The position numbers and the translations under genes were made by a program. The notes under the pieces were generated by a model, which did no database searches, was not told the origin of the DNA, and worked only from the letters and a program-made list of their open reading frames with translations. Of a stretch of 36,941 nt of DNA, positions 30,639 through 36,941 are shown piece after piece; the first letter of the stretch is position 1; each line of letters opens with the position of its first letter. The stretch lies in the IMG/VR virus record IMGVR_UViG_2563366846_000004; one strand, given 5' to 3'. The DNA comes from a virus (lineage: Duplodnaviria > Heunggongvirae > Uroviricota > Caudoviricetes).

Positions 30639-31667
30639 ATGGGATTGTTTACGACCCGCCAGTTACTCGGTTATACCGAACAAAAAGTTAAATTTCGTGC
30701 GCTGTTTCTGGAGCTGTTTTTCCGCCGTACGGTGAATTTCCATACCGAAGAGGTGATGCTGGACAAAATTACCGGAAAAACGCCGGTGGCGGCCTATGTC
30801 TCCCCGGTTGTTGAAGGAAAAGTGCTGCGTCATCGTGGTGGTGAAACCCGCGTGTTGCGTCCGGGCTACGTCAAGCCGAAACACGAATTTAATTACCAGC
30901 AGGCGGTTGAGCGCCTTCCTGGTGAAGATCCATCTCAACTGAATGATCCGGCTTACCGCCGTCTGCGTATCATTACCGATAACCTCAAACAGGAAGAGCA
31001 CGCGATTGTCCAGGTGGAAGAAATGCAGGCGGTAAATGCTGTGTTGTATGGCAAATACACCATGGAAGGAGACCAGTTCGAGAAAATTGAGGTCGATTTT
31101 GGCAGGTCGACGAAGAATAACATCACTCAGGGTAGTGGTAAGGAGTGGTCAAAACAGGATCGTGACACGTTCGATCCTACACATGATATTGACCTCTACT
31201 GCGACCTGGCCAGCGGTCTTGTGAATATTGCCATTATGGACGGTACCGTCTGGCGTCTTCTGAATGGTTTTAAGCTGTTCCGCGAAAAACTGGATACCCG
31301 TCGCGGTTCAAATTCTCAACTCGAAACGGCAGTGAAAGATCTGGGCGCAGTGGTGTCCTTCAAGGGGTATTACGGCGATCTGGCCATTGTGGTGGCGAAA
31401 ACGTCTTATATAGCAGAAGACGGTATCGAAAAACGTTATCTTCCAGATGGCATGCTGGTTCTGGGGAATACTGCTGCAGATGGGATCCGTTGTTACGGTG
31501 CCATTCAGGATGCTCAGGCGTTGTCCGAAGGTGTGGTGGCCTCTTCCCGTTATCCGAAACACTGGCTGACGGTAGGGGATCCCGCCCGTGAATTTACCAT
31601 GACGCAGTCCGCGCCGCTGATGGTGTTGCCGGACCCGGATGAGTTTGTGGTGGTACAGGTGAAATAA
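30639..31667 (+). CDS. E: Major capsid protein E, 342 aa
   Basis: Lambda gpE-like throughout by recollection (PGYVKPKHE, KLDTRRGSNS, TGDPAREFTM, SAPLM). Confidence 0.9.
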   Translation: MGLFTTRQLLGYTEQKVKFRALFLELFFRRTVNFHTEEVMLDKITGKTPVAAYVSPVVEGKVLRHRGGETRVLRPGYVKPKHEFNYQQAVERLPGEDPSQLNDPAYRRLRIITDNLKQEEHAIVQVEEMQAVNAVLYGKYTMEGDQFEKIEVDFGRSTKNNITQGSGKEWSKQDRDTFDPTHDIDLYCDLASGLVNIAIMDGTVWRLLNGFKLFREKLDTRRGSNSQLETAVKDLGAVVSFKGYYGDLAIVVAKTSYIAEDGIEKRYLPDGMLVLGNTAADGIRCYGAIQDAQALSEGVVASSRYPKHWLTVGDPAREFTMTQSAPLMVLPDPDEFVVVQVK

Positions 31668-31675
31668 TCCGTGAG

Positions 31676-31706
31676 CGGGGGCGAAATGCCCCCGTGTCTT
31701 TTTTCA
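31676..31706 (+). terminator. Hairpin with a U-tract directly after the major capsid gene (candidate attenuator or terminator)
   Basis: Perfect 7-bp stem CGGGGGC/GCCCCCG, loop GAAAT, followed by TGTCTTTTTTCA. Confidence 0.45.
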
Positions 31707-31718
31707 CAGGGGGCTGAT

Positions 31719-32093
31719 ATGGCAACGAAAGAGCAAAATCTGAAACGGCTTGATGAACTGGCCCTGATTCTGGGGCGTGAGCCGGATATATCCGGGAGTG
31801 CCGCAGAGATAGCGCAGCGGGTGGCAGAATGGGAAGAGGAAATGCAGTCATCCGGCGATGATGTACAGGTTATGAATATGGATATCCGGGAGCGGGAAAC
31901 CGCGGCTCATGATGTTCGTGAGGAAACATCCGGCGCGTTAACGCGCATCAGAGTTCTGACCTGCCTCCATCTCTGTGGCGTTGATGGTGAAACGGGGGAA
32001 TCCGTTGAGCTTGCGGATGTTGGTCGGGTGATTCTGATTATGTCCTCAGATGCAAAAACACACGTTGATGGTGGAATGGCTGTTTATGCGTGA
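31719..32093 (+). CDS. FI: DNA packaging protein FI-like, about 124 aa
   Basis: Position between E and FII; acidic N-terminal region; start at ATG 31719. Confidence 0.6.
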   Translation: MATKEQNLKRLDELALILGREPDISGSAAEIAQRVAEWEEEMQSSGDDVQVMNMDIRERETAAHDVREETSGALTRIRVLTCLHLCGVDGETGESVELADVGRVILIMSSDAKTHVDGGMAVYA

Positions 32094-32439
32094 TTTTCAG
32101 AATGCCTTTGATGCCGCCCTTGCCGGGGTGGACAGTACGATTGTTGAAGTGATGGGCATCAGTGCGCAGTTCACCTCCGGTGCACAGCGTGGCGGCGAGG
32201 TTCATGGCGTTTTTGACGATCCGGAGTCGCTGGGTTTTGCCAGTAGTGGGATCCGTATTGAAGGAAGTAACCCGTCATTATTTGTGCTTACGGATACGGT
32301 TTGTGCTGTACGGCGTGGTGACACGCTGACCATTAACGGCGAGATGTTCTGGGTGGACCGTGTTTCTCCGGATGACGGAGGGAGTTGTTATCTCTGGCTC
32401 AACCGGGGGCAACCACCTGCCGCCAGCCGTCGCCGCTGA
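32086..32439 (+). CDS. FII: Head-tail joining protein FII, 117 aa
   Basis: Lambda FII-like (GVFDDPE, GDTLTI, FWVDRVSPDDGGSC); ATG overlaps the FI stop. Confidence 0.8.
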   Translation: MRDFQNAFDAALAGVDSTIVEVMGISAQFTSGAQRGGEVHGVFDDPESLGFASSGIRIEGSNPSLFVLTDTVCAVRRGDTLTINGEMFWVDRVSPDDGGSCYLWLNRGQPPAASRRR

Positions 32440-32450
32440 AAGGGGGATGT

Positions 32451-33029
32451 ATGGCCATAAAAGGTCTTGAGCAGGCCGTTGAAAACCTCAGCCGTATCAG
32501 CAAAACGGCAGTGCCTGGTGCCGCCGCAATGGCCATTAACCGCGTTGCTTCATCCGCGATATCGCAGTCGGCGTCACTGGTTGCCCGTGAGACAAAGGTA
32601 CGCCGGAAACTGGTAAAGGAAAGGGCCAGGCTGAAAAGGGCCACGGTCAAAAATCCGCAGGCCAGAATCAAAGTTAACCGGGGGGATTTGCCCGTAATCA
32701 GGCTGGGTAACGCGCGGGTTGTCCTGTCCCGACGCAGGCGTCGTAAAAAGGGGCAGCGTTCATCCCTGAAAGGTGGCGGCAGCGTGCTTGTGGTGGGTAA
32801 CCGTCGTATTCCCGGCGCGTTTATTCAGCAACTGAAAAATGGCCGCTGGCATGTCATGCAGCGTGTGGCCGGGAAAAACCGTTACCCCATTGATGTGGTG
32901 AAAATCCCGATGGCGGTGCCGCTGACCACGGCGTTTAAACAGAATATTGAGCGGATACGGCGTGAGCGTCTTCCGAAAGAGCTGGGCTATGCGCTGCAGC
33001 ATCAACTGAGGATGGTAATAAAGCGATGA
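32451..33029 (+). CDS. Z: Tail assembly protein Z, 192 aa
   Basis: Near-identical to lambda gpZ by recollection; start MAIKGLEQ. Confidence 0.85.
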   Translation: MAIKGLEQAVENLSRISKTAVPGAAAMAINRVASSAISQSASLVARETKVRRKLVKERARLKRATVKNPQARIKVNRGDLPVIRLGNARVVLSRRRRRKKGQRSSLKGGGSVLVVGNRRIPGAFIQQLKNGRWHVMQRVAGKNRYPIDVVKIPMAVPLTTAFKQNIERIRRERLPKELGYALQHQLRMVIKR

Positions 33030-33421
33030 AACATACTGAATTCCGTGCAGCCGTACTGGATGCACTGGAAAAACATGACACCGGGGCGACGCTTTTTGAT
33101 GGTCGCCCCGCTGTTTTTGATGAGGCGGATTTTCCGGCAATTGCCGTTTATCTCACCGGCGCTGAATACACGGGCGAAGAGCTGGACAGCGATACCTGGC
33201 AGGCGGAGCTGCATATTGAAGTTTTCCTGCCTGCTCAGGTGCCGGATTCAGAGCTGGATTCGTGGATGGAAAGCCGGATTTATCCGGCGATGAGCGATAT
33301 CCCGGCACTGTCAGATTTGATCACCAGTATGGTGGCCAGTGGCTATGACTACCGGCGCGACGATGATGCGGGCCTGTGGAGTTCAGCCGATCTGACTTAT
33401 GTCATTACCTATGAAATGTGA
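33026..33421 (+). CDS. U: Tail terminator protein U, 131 aa
   Basis: Near-identical to lambda gpU by recollection. Confidence 0.85.
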   Translation: MKHTEFRAAVLDALEKHDTGATLFDGRPAVFDEADFPAIAVYLTGAEYTGEELDSDTWQAELHIEVFLPAQVPDSELDSWMESRIYPAMSDIPALSDLITSMVASGYDYRRDDDAGLWSSADLTYVITYEM

Positions 33422-33428
33422 GGACGAT

Positions 33429-34169
33429 ATGCCAACACCAAATCCTCTGGCACCGGTGAAAGGGGCCGGAACCACACTGTGGGTTTATAACGGGAGCGGC
33501 GACCCTTATGCAAACCCGCTTTCAGACAATGACTGGTCGCGTCTGGCAAAAATTAAAGACCTGACGCCCGGCGAACTGACCGCTGAGTCCTATGACGACA
33601 GTTATCTCGATGATGAAGATGCGGACTGGACCGCGACCGGGCAGGGGCAGAAATCCGCCGGAGATACCAGCTTCACGCTGGCGTGGATGCCCCGAGAGCA
33701 GGGGCAGCAGGCGCTGCTGGCGTGGTTTAATGAAGGTGATACCCGTGCCTATAAAATCCGCTTCCCGAACGGCACGGTCGATGTGTTCCGTGGCTGGGTC
33801 AGCAGTATCGGTAAGGCGGTGACGGCGAAGGAAGTGATCACCCGTACGGTGAAGGTCACCAATGTGGGCCGTCCGTCAATGGCAGAAGATCGCAGTACGG
33901 TGACGGCGGCAACCGGTATGACCGTGACGCCTGCCAGCTCCTCGGTGGTGAAAGGGCAGAGCACCACGCTGACCGTGGCCTTCCAGCCGGAGGGCGCAAC
34001 TGACAAGAGCTTCCGTGCGGTGTCAGCGGATAAAACAAAAGCCACCGTGTCGGTCAGTGGTATGACCATCACCGTGAACGGCGTTGCTGCAGGCAAGGTC
34101 AACATTCCGGTTGTATCCGGTAATGGTGAACTTGCTGCGGTTGCAGAAATCACTGTCACCGACAGTTAA
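33429..34169 (+). CDS. V: Major tail protein V, 246 aa, with C-terminal Ig-like domain
   Basis: Near-identical to lambda gpV by recollection; start MPTPNPL. Confidence 0.85.
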   Translation: MPTPNPLAPVKGAGTTLWVYNGSGDPYANPLSDNDWSRLAKIKDLTPGELTAESYDDSYLDDEDADWTATGQGQKSAGDTSFTLAWMPREQGQQALLAWFNEGDTRAYKIRFPNGTVDVFRGWVSSIGKAVTAKEVITRTVKVTNVGRPSMAEDRSTVTAATGMTVTPASSSVVKGQSTTLTVAFQPEGATDKSFRAVSADKTKATVSVSGMTITVNGVAAGKVNIPVVSGNGELAAVAEITVTDS

Positions 34170-34184
34170 TCCGGAGAGTCAGCG

Positions 34185-34607
34185 ATGTTCCTGAAAACCG
34201 AATCATTTGAACATAACGGCGTGACCGTCACGCTTTCTGAACTGTCAGCCCTGCAGCGTATTGAGCATCTCGCCCTGATGAAACAGCAGGCAGAACAGGC
34301 GGAGTCAGACAGCAACCGGCAGGTTACTGTGGAAGACGCCATCAGAACCGGTGCTTTTGTGGTGGCGATGTCCCTGTGGCATAACCATCCGCAGAAGACA
34401 AAGCAGCCTTCCATGAATGAAGCCGTTAAACAGATTGAGCAGGAAGTGCTTACCACCTGGCCCGCGGAGGCAATTTCTCATGCTGAAAACGTGGTGTACC
34501 GGCTGTCCGGTATGTATGGGTTTGTGGTGAATGATGCCCCTGACCAGGCAGAGGACTCCGGGCCTGCAGAGCCTGTTTCTGCGGGAAAGTGTTCGACGGT
34601 GAGCTGA
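34185..34607 (+). CDS. G: Tail assembly chaperone G, 140 aa
   Basis: Lambda gpG-like; ends shortly after the GGGAAAG slippery site. Confidence 0.8.
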   Translation: MFLKTESFEHNGVTVTLSELSALQRIEHLALMKQQAEQAESDSNRQVTVEDAIRTGAFVVAMSLWHNHPQKTKQPSMNEAVKQIEQEVLTTWPAEAISHAENVVYRLSGMYGFVVNDAPDQAEDSGPAEPVSAGKCSTVS

Positions 34608-35023
34608 GTTTTGCCCTGAAACTGGCGCGAGAGATGGGGCGACCTGACTGGCGCGCCATGCTTGCCGGGATGTCATCCACGGAGTATGCCGACTGGCACC
34701 GCTTTTACAGTACCCATTATTTTCATGATGTTCTGCTGGATATGCACTTTTCCGGGCTGACGTACACTGTGCTCAGCCTGTTTTTCAGCGATCCGGATAT
34801 GCATCCGCTGGATTTCAGTTTGCTGAACCGGCGTGAGGATGACGAAGAGCCTGAAGATGATGTGCTGATGCAGAAAGCGGCAGGGCTTACCGGAGGCGTC
34901 CGCTTTGACCCGGACGGAAATGAAGTTATCCCCGCTTCCCCGGATATGGCGGGCATGACGGAGGATGACGTAATGCTGATGACAGTATCAGAAGGGATCG
35001 CAGGAGGAGTCCGGTATGGCTGA
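34185..35023 (+). CDS. G-T: Tail assembly chaperone G-T fusion made by -1 programmed ribosomal frameshift
   Basis: Slippery heptamer G GGA AAG in the G frame 6 codons before the G stop; the -1 frame is open from 34589 to 35023. Confidence 0.7.
34583..34589 (+). promoter_or_regulatory. Slippery heptamer GGGAAAG for the G / G-T -1 frameshift
   Basis: Exact match to the canonical lambda G-T frameshift heptamer, read as G GGA AAG in the G frame. Confidence 0.7.
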
Positions 35024-36941
35024 ACCGGTAGGCGATCTGGTCGTTGATTTAAGTCTGGATGCGGCCAGATTTGACGAGCAGATGGCCAGAGTCAGGCGTC
35101 ATTTTTCCGGTACGGAAAGTGATGCGAAAAAAACAGCGGCAGTCGTTGAACAGTCGCTGAGCCGACAGGCGCTGGCTGCACAGAAAGCGGGGATTTCCGT
35201 CGGGCAGTATAAAGCCGCCATGCGTATGCTGCCTGCACAGTTCACCGACGTGGCCACGCAGCTTGCAGGCGGGCAAAGCCCGTGGCTGATCCTGCTGCAA
35301 CAGGGTGGTCAGGTTAAGGACTCCTTCGGCGGGATGATCCCCATGTTCCGGGGGCTTGCCGGTGCGATCACCCTGCCGATGGTCGGGGCCACCTCGCTGG
35401 CGGTGGCGACCGGTGCGCTGGCGTATGCCTGGTATCAGGGTAACTCAACCCTGTCCGATTTCAACAAAACGCTGGTCCTTTCCGGCAATCAGTCGGGTCT
35501 GACGGCAGATCGTATGCTGGTCCTGTCCAGAGCCGGGCAGGCGGCAGGGCTGACGTTTAACCAGACCAGCGAGTCACTCAGCGCACTGGTTAAGGCGGGA
35601 GTAAGCGGTGAGGCTCAGATTGCATCCATCAGCCAGAGTGTGGCGCGTTTCTCCTCTGCATCCGGCGTGGAGGTGGACAAGGTCGCTGAAGCCTTCGGGA
35701 AGCTGACCACTGACCCGACGTCGGGGCTGACGGCGATGGCGCGCCAGTTCCATAACGTAACGGCGGAGCAGATTGCGTATGTTGCTCAGTTGCAGCGTTC
35801 CGGCGATGAATCCGGGGCATTGCAGGCGGCGAACGAGGCCGCAACGAAAGGGTTTGATGACCAGACCCGACGCCTGAAAGAGAACATGGGCACGCTGGAA
35901 ACCTGGGCAGACAGGACAGCACGGGCATTCAAATCCATGTGGGATGCGGTGCTGGATATTGGTCGTCCTGATACCGCTCAGGAGATGCTGATTAAGGCAG
36001 AGGCTGCGTTTAAGAAAGCGGACGACATCTGGAATCTGCGCAAGGATGATTATTTTGTTAACGATGAAGCGCGGGCGCGTTACTGGGATGATCGTGAAAA
36101 GGCCCGTCTTGCGCTTGAAGCCGCCCGAAAGAAGGCTGAACAGCAGAGTCAACAGGACAAAAATGCGCAGCAGCAGAGCGATACCGAAGCATCACGGCTG
36201 AAATATACCGAAGAGGCGCAGAAGGCTTACGAACGGCTGCAGACACCGCTGGAGAAATATACCGCCCGTCAGGAAGAACTGAACAAGGCACTGAAAGACG
36301 GGAAAATCCTGCAGGCAGATTACAACACGCTGATGGCGGCGGCGAAAAAGGATTATGAAGCGACGCTGAAAAAGCCGAAACAGTCCGGCGTGAAGGTGTC
36401 TGCGGGCGATCGTCAGGAAGACAGTGCTCATGCTGCCCTGCTGACGCTTCAGGCTGAACTCCGGACGCTGGAGAAGCATGCCGGAGCAAATGAGAAAATC
36501 AGCCAGCAGCGCCGGGATTTGTGGAAGGCGGAGAGTCAGTTCGCGGTACTGGAGGAGGCGGCGCAACGTCGCCAGCTGTCTGCACAGGAGAAATCCCTGC
36601 TGGCGCATAAAGATGAGACGCTGGAGTACAAACGCCAGCTGGCTGCACTTGGCGACAAGGTTACGTATCAGGAGCGCCTGAACGCGCTGGCGCAGCAGGC
36701 GGATAAATTCGCACAGCAGCAACGGGCAAAACGGGCCGCTATTGATGCGAAAAGCCGGGGGCTGACTGACCGGCAGGCAGAACGGGAAGCCACGGAACAG
36801 CGCCTGAAGGAACAGTATGGCGATAATCCTCTGGCGCTGAATAACGTCATGTCAGAGCAGAAAAAGACCTGGGCGGCTGAAGACCTGCTTCGCGGGAACT
36901 GGATGGCAGGCCTGAAGTCCGGCTGGAGTGAGTGGGAAGAG
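35016..36941 (+). CDS. H: Tail tape measure protein H, 5' part only (runs off the window end)
   Basis: Frame open from ATG 35016 to the window end, so absent from the ORF track; lambda gpH-like N-terminus by recollection; overlaps the T stop. Confidence 0.85.
   Translation, partial: MAEPVGDLVVDLSLDAARFDEQMARVRRHFSGTESDAKKTAAVVEQSLSRQALAAQKAGISVGQYKAAMRMLPAQFTDVATQLAGGQSPWLILLQQGGQVKDSFGGMIPMFRGLAGAITLPMVGATSLAVATGALAYAWYQGNSTLSDFNKTLVLSGNQSGLTADRMLVLSRAGQAAGLTFNQTSESLSALVKAGVSGEAQIASISQSVARFSSASGVEVDKVAEAFGKLTTDPTSGLTAMARQFHNVTAEQIAYVAQLQRSGDESGALQAANEAATKGFDDQTRRLKENMGTLETWADRTARAFKSMWDAVLDIGRPDTAQEMLIKAEAAFKKADDIWNLRKDDYFVNDEARARYWDDREKARLALEAARKKAEQQSQQDKNAQQQSDTEASRLKYTEEAQKAYERLQTPLEKYTARQEELNKALKDGKILQADYNTLMAAAKKDYEATLKKPKQSGVKVSAGDRQEDSAHAALLTLQAELRTLEKHAGANEKISQQRRDLWKAESQFAVLEEAAQRRQLSAQEKSLLAHKDETLEYKRQLAALGDKVTYQERLNALAQQADKFAQQQRAKRAAIDAKSRGLTDRQAEREATEQRLKEQYGDNPLALNNVMSEQKKTWAAEDLLRGNWMAGLKSGWSEWEE

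Noticed and set aside
36058-36850. Minus-strand ORFs 36192..36722 and 36058..36489 inside the tape measure gene
   Set aside because: Antisense to the open H reading frame, which matches lambda gpH by recollection; Arg/Leu-rich low-complexity translations.

Overview
The window is an almost complete lambda-like (lambdoid) prophage, read by eye from the sequence and the supplied ORF track; no database search was run. Gene order is canonical: int-xis, early-left genes on the minus strand (ea-like genes, exo, bet, gam, kil, cIII, ea10, ral, N), sieB, an immunity region (cI, cro, cII), replication genes O (with ori iterons) and P, a nin region (ren, ninB, a Dam-like DNA adenine methyltransferase, ninE, rusA, a phage-82-type Q), a porin gene, a phage-21-type lysis cassette (holin, SAR endolysin, Rz with embedded Rz1), bor, cos, and lambda-like head and tail genes Nu1 to H (H runs off the window end). 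An IS100-like IS21-family element (1954 bp, 5-bp target duplication) has split an ea-like gene in the left arm. The best candidate for an undescribed system is a two-gene, AT-rich, translationally coupled operon immediately downstream of cI, in the position lambda uses for rexAB; neither protein is recognisable to me. Gene names rest on my recollection of lambda and E. coli K-12 DLP12 protein sequences and need confirmation by search.
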